From NCBI RefSeq assembly GCF_009914755.1, contig NC_060929.1: a stretch of DNA of 64,000 bases, one strand, 5' to 3'. A program made the translations under genes and the position numbers. The stretch is from the human T2T-CHM13v2.0 reference genome, Homo sapiens. Shown here piece by piece: positions 13,632 to 26,703 of this stretch (positions are counted from its first letter, which is position 1; every line of letters begins with the position of its first letter). The notes beneath the pieces were generated by a model. It was not told the DNA's origin and searched no databases. It was given only the letters and a program-made list of their open reading frames with translations.

Positions 13632-16506
13632 GATCAGTGTTTCAATGAAAGCACATGTATACATCACTTTGCTCTCTAAACTACATTCCATTGCACAGTA
13701 GCAGAGAACTAATTCATTGGTGCTGATTTGTATCGCAAAGAACATTATCAGTGACTATTTTGGAATTGGAGTTAATCTCTCAATTTTAGACATTTAAAAG
13801 GTACTTGCTATAACAAGATCTTTTAAAATGTAGTGTAGGTTTCAGACAAAAGAAAAGTACAATGTTTTTGAATCTTAAACAAATGACCTGTGTTTAACAT
13901 CTTGTCTAAGGTTGTCTGCCTCTGGGTATTATGACCCATTGAGAACAAGATTGTCTTTTCTTTTAATGTATACAGATTTTTGAGAAAAGCATTTTTTTTA
14001 CAGTTTGTCTAAGTTAACCTTCTTTTTAAAGCTGCAGCCCACAAACACTTCAAACCTAATCTTTTTTGACCCTCAATTTTTTTTGACCCTCAATTTTTTC
14101 TCAGAAGAGTCAAAGAAGAATCACATCCTCCAATGTGAAAGCCAGCATTTATAACCCATCTTTTATCAGTTGTGAATTATGTGTTAGTCTGTGTATGTTT
14201 ACCTTTTTTTCAGGTGGTGAAGAGGGAAGGAGGGCTAATGTGAAGATTTAATAAGCTAAGGTGACATAGAAAAAATAATAAAAAATAAGTAAATATTTGA
14301 AGAGACTCCAAAAATCCCAAAGTCTTTTTGTTTTATGAGTGAAGAGATGAGAAAAAAATGTTTACGAGCATATGTAACAAAAATTTCTTTGTAATGTAGA
14401 TTTTAGTTTTTATTATGCATTCATTCTGATTACTTTATAACATTTAAATATAAAACCTTAGAAACTGCAATAATTTTATACATAGGAAATTTAGAATAAT
14501 ATTAATAAAATGGAACAATATATCTATATTGAGCCAGATAATTCTGAAATCAGTATTTATTTGGTTGTATCAGTTTACAATTTTGAGGGGGAGATTACCA
14601 CTTCAGTTTTCAGATTTTACATATGCATGCTGATTTGGAAAAAAAATCTATAAAGATTTAAAGAAAGAAATTTTGTGGGATAAAAATATGAACGAGCTGA
14701 ATTACTAATGAAACATTTCTGTTGTGTTCTATTCCTGTCCTTTGGAATGTTTGTGTTAGTATGCCTGTTCTTCTGATGTTCAATCTTGATAATGTCTGAA
14801 AAGTACAATATGAAAAATAAATGAAAACGAATGTATCTTTTACTTGTGTGTGTGTGTTCTCTTCTATTATAAAGAGGTGAATCTAAAGCAAGATGAAAAG
14901 GTATTATAATGCTGAGTGGCAGAATGTGACACAAGAGTTCCCTCAAGTGTGTAATACAGCCTACAGGGAGACCAAATGCATTAGGATGAATTTATATTGA
15001 CAAAGGAGTCATTCTTTCTAGTGTTTAGAAGAAGAATTCTGCCATGACCCTCATAACAAATTACTGTTGTCTGACCTCATTGAAACAAGAATGTAGTAAA
15101 GTAGGTCCAGTGGAGCTGATGTAGTAGAGGCACTTACACCACAACAACACGTCTGCAGGGTGCAACGATAGCCCCCCTTGTTTCCTATGCCACTAAAACA
15201 CTCGATAAACAGTCTTATCACCTTGATCCCAGAGCTCCTTTATTAAGAGACAGAAAAAGGAAATGCTTTGTGACCACAGAGAGTGGCATGTTATTTTCTG
15301 AAGAGTTAAGATTACTAAACGAAAGAAAGAATTCCTACAACCTGGAAGAAAGCCTTCTGTTGTGTTGTAGTACATCCAGCCAGCAGCTTGCATTAAAGAC
15401 GGGATTCTTTTCCCATTATTTCATATTCTGTTACCCTTCCTACCTTGTAGAGCTCAGACACCAGTTGCTAAAAGTCCTCCCCTCTTCAGTCATCTCACTT
15501 GCACTGAACATGTACATTTTATTCAAAGCGCATATTATATACTTTTTAAATGAAAAGATAACAAATATAGTATGTTTTATAATGTATTGCTGTTTCTTAT
15601 GGAGAATATTTGCCTTAAAACAGCAGGTTTTTCTTGCAATGTTCTTACCTTCCATGGATCTATTTCCTATTAGCATTTTTATGGAATTATTAAATAAACA
15701 TTTTCATGTGATTGATTATCCTGGAGCAGGGATGTTAGAAATGACTTTTCAAACATATCTAGACTTGAAACAATTTAGTTGTAAAGATTCATTTAAAATA
15801 TAATACTATTTTAAAAATGTTATTCAAACTAAATAAACTTCATCCTGAGACATTGTAATTTTTCCAAAATAAAAGTGTAAGAACTGTTAGTGCTCAGTAA
15901 GTACTTCTTGCCACTATTGCTGAGCAGGCAGTTCTATAGTCACTTAGAATAACTAAAGTAATATTTGGTCATTTTTCTAATAGCCAATAAAGTAGTGAAT
16001 CTTACACACCACCAGACAGCTTAAAAACTAAGCCCATTAATTGTTGCTCTTAATATTCCATTTAATACTTTACTGCTAAATGCAGTCAGGAGAAAAGCAG
16101 TGGTTTGTAATTTTTATTTTGACATATACTTTCTGGATTTAATTCTTACCAAATTAATTTTGCAAGAAAGTTGTTTCAGGCATCTTTGTTCAGAATGTCT
16201 TAAATTAATAACAATGTTGGGAAAAAATGCAGCATTCGTGACAGCTTTTCAAGACTAAAATTCTGATATCTAAGCGCTCTTTCTCACCATAATAACATCT
16301 TTAATGAAAGGATTGAATGTATCACAGTTTGTTTTTACTAGTGATATTTCCTAGGCCAAGAGATTTAAAAGTCATATTTGTATAATTAAATTATTTTCAA
16401 AAAAATTTCCATTTATATGTAGATTTGGGAGTTACACACACATATTTATATATTTGGGATGTGTATTATATATATATATATTTATATTTGGAATATGTGT
16501 AATACG

Positions 16507-16541
<35 letters not shown>

Positions 16542-16699
16542 GTAATGTATAATCTCCTAAAGATCAACCCACCCCATCCACCTATGAATTTTCTGTGCAT
16601 TGTGGGCTGACAAAACATAATTTGGAATGTGAGAACAAGGCAAAAAAAACATAATTTGCAGATGGGTAGCAACCTCAATCATCCTAGAGAAACATACCT

Positions 16700-17064
16700 G
16701 TTAGGAAAAAATTTGTTCTCCAAAAATTCATATGTAAAAGAGCAAACTCCAAAGGGACCATATTGGGAGATAACTTTTAAAGAGGTAATTAAGATTAAAT
16801 GAAGTGATAAGGGTGGTGCTTTCGTCCAAAATATGTTTCCTTAGAAGAAAAGGGGGAGACACAAGAAATGTGCATGAAAAGACCACGTGAGGACATAGTG
16901 AAAAGGCAGTCACCTGCAAACCAAGGAGACGAGCGTCAGGAGAAACCAACCCTGCAGGCACGTTGATCTTGCACTTCTGGCCTCCACAACTGTGAGAAAA
17001 TGAATTTCTATTGTTTAAGCCACATAGTCTGTTTTTTGTTACAGCAGCCTTAGCAAATTAATAT
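16700..17064 (+). mobile_element. MLT1B/MLT1A-like MaLR solo LTR
   Basis: ccacgtgaggacatagtg...ggagaaaccaaccctgc...aactgtgagaaaatgaatttctattgtttaagcc. Confidence 0.8.
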
Positions 17065-17419
17065 AATACCAAGCCAAGATGGAAAACTAGATGTCTTTTA
17101 TCAAGATAGTTTTTGATTTACCAAAATGTATGTATTTCAAAACACATTTTATTCAAACTCTCTCTGATTGTGCTATTTAGAGCTTTTTTTATAGTTCTTG
17201 TATATCACTATGCAAGACATATTTACCTTACATAATTTCCAGGGTATTTTAATCATGTCTGTGTTAGGTTAGAAAATAATAAAAAGCATTGACATTTAGT
17301 AAAATGTTAGAAAAAATGCTTCTGTCACATTGTGTCTCTTAAAACAGATGCTATTACTTGCTATTTTCTTGACTTAGCCTTTTATTTTAAAAAAAGTATA
17401 TATATGAATAGCAATGGCC

Positions 17420-17889
17420 TGTCTATTCACAACCTTCCTACTTGATTTTATTCATTCCCCTTAAACCAAGCAAATCAGGGAAGAGCTGAGTCACAATAAT
17501 TTAAGCTTCACAAGAAAATTGCACCTTGTTGTTGCTGTAAGTGTTTGGGGTAGGAATAGGCATGTAAGAAGTTCTGACCAATGCTGCACAAAGTAATGTT
17601 GGGTGACATTTCTTAAGAAAGGTTTATTAGAATAGCAAAGAAGGAAAAAAGCATGAGGGAAACTCATTCTTTCCCCTGACACTTGCAGTCTTTGGATAAG
17701 AACACAAATAATGAAACTGTGACAGCCACTTGTGAACATGAGTAGACAAACCTGAGTATGAATGCCCATGTGCTACTAGGGGACAGATAAAATATGGGAA
17801 GAACCTGGCCCTAGATGGCATCAGTGAGTTGCTGAAATGACCAACTAAGGTGCTTCCTGACTTCTGGATTCTACATGACATAAATATTT

Positions 17890-17951
<62 letters not shown>

Positions 17952-18040
17952 CATACACACATATATACATGCACACAATCCTGAGTTTTAAGGGATTTTT
18001 ACTTTTTTCTATCATTTACACCCAACATAGCCTATTATAA
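17420..18040 (+). mobile_element. Old MLT1 (J/H-like) LTR containing a (TA)n(CA)n microsatellite at about 17890-17965
   Basis: gttctgaccaatg, gacagccacttgtgaacatgag and gatggcatcagtgagttgctgaa motifs. The microsatellite is read directly. Confidence 0.55.
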
Positions 18041-18664
18041 TAGCTCAATATATTCAAAATGTCCTGTTCAAAAGTACAGGCTGTTTTTTGTATGCATTAA
18101 CTTAATTAATCAACCCAAATGCCTATGAAGCATAAAATATTCTAATCTCTATTATATAAGTAAGAAATATTAAAGCTAAGATTTAGAAAATTAGGAGATA
18201 TGACAAAGTAAAAACATAATGTTAACTCAAATGGCTCTGACGATGGAGCACCACATTTAAGTTTGTTTTATTAAATGCATTTTCTATGTTTCCTTCATTA
18301 ATTGGATATTGCCAGATCAGGGATAGTTTGGTTTCTATATTTATCACCTAATGATTAGAAATAATTACATAATCACTTTTTTTCACCTTGACATTTTATT
18401 GGTAATTTATTACATGTAAATTTTGTGGACAATGACTAAAACCTGCCCTCACAACATGCAGTAGTTTGAACTGAAATGAATGGACAAAATATAAAATTAT
18501 ATAAGTTAATGTAGAAATTTTCCAGTTACATGCAAAATATTACATGTGCCCAGAGGGGGAAAATTATCTCCAACTTTGATTGGTAAAGAAGCTAGGTAGT
18601 GGTGGAAATATTTGATGTCAGTATTGAAGGAATGTTTAAACTTTCAAAATGTAAATTAGAATGT

Positions 18665-19640
18665 CACCTTTCAGGCAAGATGGAGTAACAGGGGCCAGAT
18701 GTACCTTTTCAGCAGAAACAACTAAAAATATATGAGACAATAGTACTCAAAATATTAAATATCAGGCAATAAAGACAGGTATCCCTGAAAGACAGAAAAC
18801 AGTTGAAGTGAGCTTAAGAAATACCCTCAGCTTACTGACTGGAGAAATTTTCTAGGATGCAGAGCAAGGAATCAAAGCCAGACAAAGCCCAGAAATCTCC
18901 CTAAGATGATGAGATGGAGCTTTATAGAAGCCAAGGTAACTAAAGTAAATGGGATAGAATGGAAGAAATAGGTTCACAGATAAAAAAAACTTTACATATC
19001 CCCAAATATATTATGACTATTCCTTAAGTATTTAGATGACTGCTAATCAGTACATGTATTTAAGGAAACTCTCTAAGGCAGAGAAAAAAAGCAAACTAAA
19101 ATAACTGTGGAAAACAGTCTTCCAAACTCACAGATGATGCCAAGAATAGAGCTTGGTCCCAACAGCTAGAATGAAAAACCTCATAATTCAGGTAGCATTA
19201 GTTAGAGTACTAAAAAAGGCCTTGCCTCAGTAGTGTGGAAATTTAGTTATTTCTTCCTTTCTTTTTTTTTTTTAAAGGAAGGTCTGGGCCTCATTGAGAA
19301 ATCTTAAATCAAGATTTAAAAAGATCAAGCTCCCCATTAGCTTTTCTAAGTCCCAGAAAAATATCTCAGGAGTATTTAAAGAAATGCAAAAATATCTGTA
19401 TAAATTAAAATTGGAATTGCAATGTCTGGTATCCAGTGAAATATTACCAGGGATATAAAGAGGCAGGAAAACAAAATCCATGAAAAGGGTAAAAAAGAAT
19501 GAATCCAAAGCAATGAAAAATAATACATTTGACAAAATTAGTACACAGAAACATTAAAAGAGGTGCCATAACTTTTTAATCAATATCTTCACGAAGCTAA
19601 AGATGGAACATGTTAAGTAGATATATGGGTTATATAAAAA
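18665..19640 (+). mobile_element. Ancient L1M 5' UTR / ORF1 start
   Basis: ggcaagatggagtaacagg start and atccctgaaagacagaaaacag...gtgagc motifs. A-rich strand bias. Confidence 0.55.
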
Positions 19641-19968
19641 CCTTCATGTTGTATATTGCATGTAATTAACATATTAATGTTGAAGAAGAAATACTAGAAA
19701 ACATGAAGACATACAATTGTTGGAAGACAGTTCTCCATAGTTTATCATATTACTGCGTGTCTTTTGAGCGATGGCCTAATTACCCTTTCTCATGGACTAT
19801 CTTTTCAAGGATGCTTGTATGTGAACAGATTTTGGTGACAAAGCTAATGTTTTCTACTAAAGTGAATATTAAGAATATTTATTGCCCATTCCAAAAGATT
19901 CAAATTCTTTAAGCTTCTGTAATGCAACTCTGCGTGTGTACAGGTGCCATCTTGCCTTCTTCATGTCA

Positions 19969-20450
19969 TGCTGAGTCTGTCCCACAGACTCTGGCTGAGC
20001 AATGGATGAAAGAAGTATGCTGACACAGGTATTTTGCCTGATAGCATGCCTGGGGACTGCACAGCTTAGCACTGCTGATGAGAGTGCCACCCGACAAGCC
20101 GGCCCCGCTTGCATTTATTTAGTACAGATTTAATGACAAAGACTTGGAGCAAACACCATTTGTGGGTAATAAACATTGTCAACCCCCCAAGTAGAGAGCA
20201 ATCCTGAATGCAAATGATCAAAGGTTGGTTTCTGGAGACAGGAGTAAGCAAATGTATCTAGATAAGTTCCTCTACATTCTCTTGTTATGTGCCCTTTGCT
20301 CTCAGCCTCCGGATAAGAGAATTTGGCTGCCTTCAGCCAAAATTCTCTCCCAGAGCTTTTGTAAAACCTCTCAGCCTTCCAAGAAGGTTTGGGTCTTTCC
20401 CTATAATTTTTCTTATAACTTTTCCCACCACCATGACCGATTATCCTACA
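19969..20450 (-). mobile_element. HERV-K(HML-5) LTR22-type solo LTR
   Basis: TG...CA termini. Minus strand has GGTGGGAAAAG...AAAATTATAGGGAAAGACCCAAACCTTCTTGGAAGGC. Perfect 6-bp TSD ATGTCA (19963-19968 / 20451-20456), the length typical of betaretroviruses. Confidence 0.85.
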
Positions 20451-20519
20451 ATGTCACTGTTAGGGAACCAGGCTTGAAGAAACACTAAAAATTAGAACCA
20501 CTAATATATTATCCATCAC

Positions 20520-20947
20520 TCTATTAGCCTGTTCTCACATTGCTATAAGGAAATAACTGGAACTGGGTAATTTATACAAAAAATGGGGGATTTAACTGGA
20601 TCATGATTTTTCAGGCTGTACATGAAGCATTCTGCTGGCATCTACTTGGCTTCTGGGGAGGTCTCAGGACACTTACAATCATGCTTGAAGGTGAATGGGG
20701 AGCAGGCATGTCACATGGATAGAGCAGGAGAAAGAGAGTGAGTAGGGGGAGGTGCAACATACTCGTGAACAACCAGTCTTACTAGAGCTCTTTCACTATC
20801 AAAAGGACAGTACCAACAGTATGGTGCTAAATCATTCATGAGAAATCTTCCCCCATGATCCAATCACCTCCCACTAGGCCCATCTCTAACACTAAGGATT
20901 ACATTTCAAATGAGATTTGGGCAGGGACACACATCCAAACTATATCA
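20520..20947 (-). mobile_element. MSTA/MSTB MaLR solo LTR
   Basis: cattgctataaggaaata...ttacaatcatg...gatccaatcacctcccac...catccaaactatatca. Confidence 0.85.
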
Positions 20948-21177
20948 GTTACTATTTTTGTGAGTAATAAGATGTCTTGATCCCTGACCCAGGAGTATGG
21001 TTTTCTTCCAGCATCATTAAACTGTGACAAGTTAAATTGTCAGCATGGAAGTGGAATAAAATTTCACACTCTTAACAGTTTCTTACAGTTATATAATAAT
21101 AGGAGTGTATGATACTGAAATAAACATAAGTTTCTTAAAAGGGAAGATAGGCACTTTAGGGAGTAACTAATGTTATT

Positions 21178-23868
21178 TGGCATGGTTTGGCTCTGTGTCC
21201 TTGTCCAAATCACATGTTGGGTTGTAATCCCCAATGTTGGGAGAGGGATCTGGTGGGAGTTGATTGGATCATGGGAGTCAATTCCCTCTTGCTATTCTCA
21301 TGATAGTGAGTGAGTTCTCATGAGAACTGGTTGTTTAAAAGTGTGTAGCAGTTCTCCCATCATTCTCTTTCTCTCCTGCTGCCATGTGAAGATGTGCTTA
21401 CTTCCCCTTCACCTTTCTGAATGATTGTAAGTTTCCTAAGACCTCCCAAGCAATGCTTCTTGTACAGCCTGCAGAACTGCAAATCAATTAAACATTTTTT
21501 CTTTATAAACTACCAAGTTTCAGGTAGCTATTTATAACAGTATGAGAACAGACTAATACAGAAAATTTGTACTGGGAGGGAGGTATTGCCATGAAGAAAC
21601 CTGAAAATGTAGGAGTGACTTTGGAACTGTGTAATGCACAGAGGTTGAAAGAGTTTGGAGGGACTAGAAGAAACAGAAAGTTGAGGGAACATTTAGAACT
21701 TCCTAGAGACTTGTCGAATGATTGTGACCAAAATGCTGATAGTGACAGGTACAGTGAAGTCCAGGATGAGGTGCTCAAAGGGAATGAGGAACTTATTGGG
21801 AACCGGAGTAAAGGTCACTCTTGCTATGGTGGAGCAACAGGACTGGCAGCATTGTGCTCCTGCATTAAGAATCAGTGAAATTTTTAACTGGAGAGTGATG
21901 ATTTAGAGTATCTCATCAAAGAAATTGCTAAGCAGCAAAGCATTCAAGATGTGTCTTGGCTGCTTCTAAAACGCTATGCTACTTTGCACAAACAAAGAAA
22001 TGACCTAAAACTAGAACGTATACTTAAAATGAAAGCAGAGCTTAAAGGTTTGGAAAATTTGCAGCCCAACTATGTGGTAGAAGGGAAAAAAAAGGATTTA
22101 CTGAGGACAAATTCAAGGCTGCAGAAATTTGCATATGTAAAGAAAAGCCAAATGTTAATACTCAAGACAATGGGGAAAATGCCTGCAGGGTATTTCAGAG
22201 ACATTTCTGGCAACCCCTCCCATCCTAGGCCTGGAGGCCTAGGGGGATAAAAGCGTCTCCTGGGTCAGGCCCAGGACCCTGCTGTTCTGTGCAGCCTCAG
22301 GACATGGTTCCTTGTGTCTCAGCCACTCCAGCTTCAGCTGTGGCTAAAAGGGGCCAAGGTACTGGGTGCCAGTGGCTCACGCCTGTAATCCCAGCACTTT
22401 GGGAGGCTGAGGCGGGCAGATCATGAGGTCAAGAGATCAAGACCATCCTGGCCAACATTGTGAAACCCCATCTCTACTAAAAATATAAAAATTAGCTGGC
22501 CGTGGTGGCACATGCCTGTAGTCACAGCTCCTCGGGAGGCTGAGGCAGGAGAATCACTTGAACCAAGAGGCAGAGGTTGCAGTGAACCGAGATCACGCCA
22601 CTGTACTCCAGACTGGGCGATGGTGCGAGACTCTGTCTCAAACACACACAGACACACACGCACACACACACACAAAGGGGGCCAAGGTACAGCTCAGGCA
22701 GTGGCTTTGGAGGGTGCAAACCCCAAGCTTTGGCAGCTCTCACATGGTGTTGATCTTGTGGGTGTGCAGAAGGCAAGAGTTGAGGTTTGGGAGCCTCTGC
22801 CTAGATTTCAGAGGATGTATCAAAACACCTGAATGTCCAGACAGAAGTCTGCTGCAAGGATGAAGCCCTCATGGATAACCTCTACTAGTCCAGTGTGGAG
22901 GGGAAATGTGGGGTTGTTATCCCCACTCAGGGTCCCCACTGGAGCACTGCCTAGTAAAGCTATAAGAAGAGGGTCACTGTCCTCCAGACCCCAGAATGGT
23001 AGATCCATCAACAGCTTGCATCATGTGCCTGGAAAAGAAGCAGGCACTCAACTCCAGTCCATGAAAGCAACTGTAAGTGCTGTACCCTGCATAGCCACAA
23101 GAGCAAAGCTGCCTAAGGCATCTGGAGCCTACCCCTTGCATCACTGTGGCCTGGTTGTGACACATGGAGTCAAAGGAAATTATTTTGGAGCATTAAGATT
23201 TAATGACTGCCCTGCTGGGGCAGGATTGTAGCCCCTTTGTTTGGCCAATTTGTCCCTTATGGAACACCAGCATTTACCCAATGCATATACCCCCATTATA
23301 TCTTGAAAGTAACTAACTTTTTTTTTTAATTTTCAGGCTTATAGACAGAGGAGACTTGCCTTGTCTCAGATGAGTCTTTGGACTTGGACTTTTGAGTTAA
23401 TGCTGGAATTAGTTAAGAATTTGGGGGACTGTTGGGAAAAAATGATTGTGTTTTGAAATATGAAAGAGACATAAGACTTGTGAGGAGCCACCATGGAATA
23501 ATGTTTTGCCTCTATGTCGCCACCTAAATCTCAAGTGGAATTATAATTCCCAATATTGGTGGAGGGGCCTGGTAGGAGGTGGTTGAATCATGGGGGAAGA
23601 TTTCCCCCTTACTATTCTTGTGATAATAAATGAATTCTTAAGAGATCTGAGTGTTTAAAAGTGTATAGCTCTTCCTCTTTTGCTCTCTCTCTCGCCACCA
23701 TGTGAAGACATGCTTGCTTCACATTTGCAGATGATTGTAAGTTTCCTAAGGACTCCCAGCCATACTTCCTGTACATCTGTGGAACTGTGAATCAATTAAA
23801 ATTCTTTTTTTCATAAATTAGCCAGTCTCAGTTATGTCTTTATAGCACTGTAAAAATGGGCTCATATA
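21178..23868 (+). mobile_element. Full MaLR element (THE1D/MSTA): LTR 21178-21560, internal region, LTR 23499-23868
   Basis: Two homologous LTRs and a typical MaLR internal sequence (cctgaaaatgt...gactttggaact). TSD ttatt / ttgtt. Confidence 0.9.
22363..22673 (+). mobile_element. AluSc-like, with tail converted to (CA)n
   Basis: TSD aaaggggccaaggtac (22347-22362) / aaagggggccaaggtac (22674-22690). Confidence 0.9.
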
Positions 23869-24726
23869 TTGTTTTAGGGAAATCCATGGTAATTAATAGT
23901 AAACTTGTCTGATTATATAATCAGCATACTCGATTGCCTATAAAGGAGAAAGTGAGGAGGTGGTTGCCAGCTGAGTACTGGAAAGAAAAATTTCAAAGAC
24001 CTGACCTCCAGGCAGATGAAATGTTTTTCCAATGTGTGCTAACCTTTTTCAGCAACTAGTACTAAAAGTTATCCTGAGAGGGCAAAACTTTTCTCTTTCT
24101 TTCAGTCAATGGTTGCCTAGATTCAAATCCACATTAAGTATAAAATGAGGAAATCTATGTTTTCTATGGGCAGAAACAAAGCAATTTATTAGAAACTTGG
24201 CTGGCTGGTTCGCTCGCGAGATGAGGAAGAACAGTTGACCTTTTCTATAGTCCATTATGCTGCTGTATATCCATAAGCTTGGGGAAGTCAAACAGTCCTA
24301 AAGTTTCTTGCATTAAATAGTGGCTTTTATAATGCAGCTTGTCCCTCATGGAAAACTTTTCTCAGTACATATATACTTCTATGGAAAACCAAAGATGAGA
24401 TATTTAGTGGTATTCTGGTTCTTACAGCCCCAAATTGGGTTAACAATGCTGATGACTGTGACCCACTGGAGAATGAGAAAATTGCCCAAAGGAATCTGGA
24501 CACATTCTTGTGTTTATTCCTACTTCCCTGAAATATTCACCTCATTTTATGTGAAAAACAACCACTAAATGAAAAAATAATGTCTGAGAATATGAAAATT
24601 TGATGCAAGCCATGAACTTATATAGTCTCATTGAACTCCAAGATAAAATCATGAGAAAAATTTCATGCAGGTATATTATAATCAAATTGCTTAAAAACAG
24701 TGATAAAGAGAACATCTTAAAAGCAA

Positions 24727-25333
24727 TGTTGGGGGCTCAGAAAATGATGCCCCACATATGATAATTTTGGCATGCTGAGTGTTTCACCTAAAGGAGAAAC
24801 AAGGTCTTTCTGATCTTTTCCTATCACCCTGACTCTCACTCTTCTTTTTCTCCCGAAGCCTAGGAGGGGCTGTCTCTGAACTTTCTTCATGTGACTAAAG
24901 GAAATTCCTCCAGAAGGAAGTTAATTGTCATGAGTCTCCTTCCCACAATCTCATTAAACTAGGAAGACTGATTTACAGAATAGGAGACTAAATGTTGACA
25001 CATAGTATTCTTCTGAGGACTGCTACCTGAAATATCTCATCTTCATAACAAGACAACATTTGTTCATCATGAGTTTACCTCTCTCACCCTCTCATTGCTT
25101 GTGACACCATCCTCCCCTAAGAAGCCCTAAGCTGCTATTTTCTCTGCAGCTTAAAATGTTATTTAAACTTTAACCATCTGGCCCTTTATTAAATCTTATA
25201 CTGTGCATGATTTCTTTGCATTTGCATTTAATAAATTAGTATGCTTTTTTTCTCTGTCTAATGTCAAATTTAGCTCAGAAACTCAAACTATCAAGCCTTC
25301 AGAGAGTGGAAGGAAAGTTTCTTACATTGCCAT
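24727..25333 (+). mobile_element. ERV1 solo LTR (MER34/MER39-like)
   Basis: Starts tgttgggggctcagaaaatgatgcccc, has AATAAA near 25231, and near-TSD gcaa / gcag. The flanking L1 is continuous across it. Confidence 0.75.
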
Positions 25334-25952
25334 AGCAGCTACAAGACAAAAAAATATATACTAAGAAACAAAGATAAGGATAACAGCAGATTCCTCACTG
25401 AAGAGAATGCAAAATAGAAGACAATAGAACAACATATTTAAAGTACTTAATTTAAAATCAAAAACAAAACCTTTTGATATAGAATGCACAGGTATGTTAC
25501 AATAACAATTATGAAATAATGACTTTTTAGACATACAGAGATTAGAAGATTTTACTATGATTAGATCCAAACACAAAGAAATATTTAAGAACATTTTACA
25601 TTCAGAATAAACATTATACTTAATATATCTTGTGGAAACCTGGATCAGTACAAAAGAGTGATGAGCACCAGAAAGTTTAACACATAGAAAATATAAAGTT
25701 TTTAAAATTATCCTGAAAGACAAAAAAAATGTTTAATAAAAAGTAGTAACAATACCTTGTGAGACTTAGAACATATATACAGGATAAATTTGTGATGAAA
25801 GTAGCAGAATGACTAGGAGAGGAGCAATAGAAGTTTTACTTTTCTTAAGCCCTATTTACACTGGTCTATGTGAGTTGAAGTTAGACCATAAATTAATGAT
25901 GATTCTATAAATGTTAAAATATACACTAAAATAACACAAAAAACCTGTAGTG

Positions 25953-26159
25953 CATATACAGCGTGGATACACTGGACAAAGGGATGATTCACATCCAGGT
26001 GGGACAGCGTGAGATCTTATCACACTACTGAGAATGGCACAAAATTTGAAACATGAATTGTTTATTTCTGAAATTTTCCATTTAATATTCTAGGACCACA
26101 GTTGACCAGGGGTAACTGAGACTGTGGAAAGTAAAACCACAGATAAGGGGTGACTACTG
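25953..26159 (+). mobile_element. MER44/Tigger7 DNA transposon end
   Basis: ggatacactggacaaagggatgattcac...gaaagtaaaaccacagataaggggtgactactg. Confidence 0.8.
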
Positions 26160-26703
26160 CATATACATACAATGGAATATTATTCAGCCTTTAAAAAGAG
26201 GGAGATCCTACCACTTGTAACACACGGATAAACCTGGAGGACATTATGTTCAGTAAAATAATCTAGACACAGCAGGACAAATACTATATGATATGACTTA
26301 TGTGGAATCTAAAATAGTCAAACTCATAGAAGCAGAGGGTAGAATAGTAGTTGTCAGATGATAGGGAGAGGAGAAAATGAGAAGGTATTAAGAAATGAGA
26401 AGGCTTTAGTTATGCAAAATGAATAAGTACTAGAGATTTCTTGTGCAGCATAGTGCCTACAGTTAACAATACTCTATCATATACTTAATAATTTTCTAAG
26501 ATAGCAGCTCTTATATTGTGTACTTATAAAAAATAATAAAAGAAGAAAGAAGGAGGAAACTTTTGGAGGTGATGGATGTGCTTATGGCACAATTGTGGTT
26601 ATTTTTTTCACAGGTGTGCACTTTGCTCCAATTTCTTCAAGTTGTAGACATTAAATATGTATAGCTTTTTATATGTCACTTATACCTCAATAAAGTGGTT
26701 TTT
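26160..26703 (+). mobile_element. L1MA/L1MB 3' end
   Basis: caatggaatattattcagcc...ggaaacttttggaggtgatgg...tatacctcaataaag. Confidence 0.85.

Larger units (their letters stand above)
19718..21087 (+). mobile_element. ERVL LTR (LTR32-like) split by two later LTR insertions
   Basis: tgttggaagacagttctccat...ggactatcttttcaaggatg. Resumes at 20457 and 20948 and ends ...gtttcttaca. Confidence 0.6.

Noticed and set aside
15270-15803. Longest ORF (177 aa)
   Set aside because: Starts at GTG, has the F/I/L-rich composition expected from AT-rich DNA, and shows no recognisable domain or gene context.
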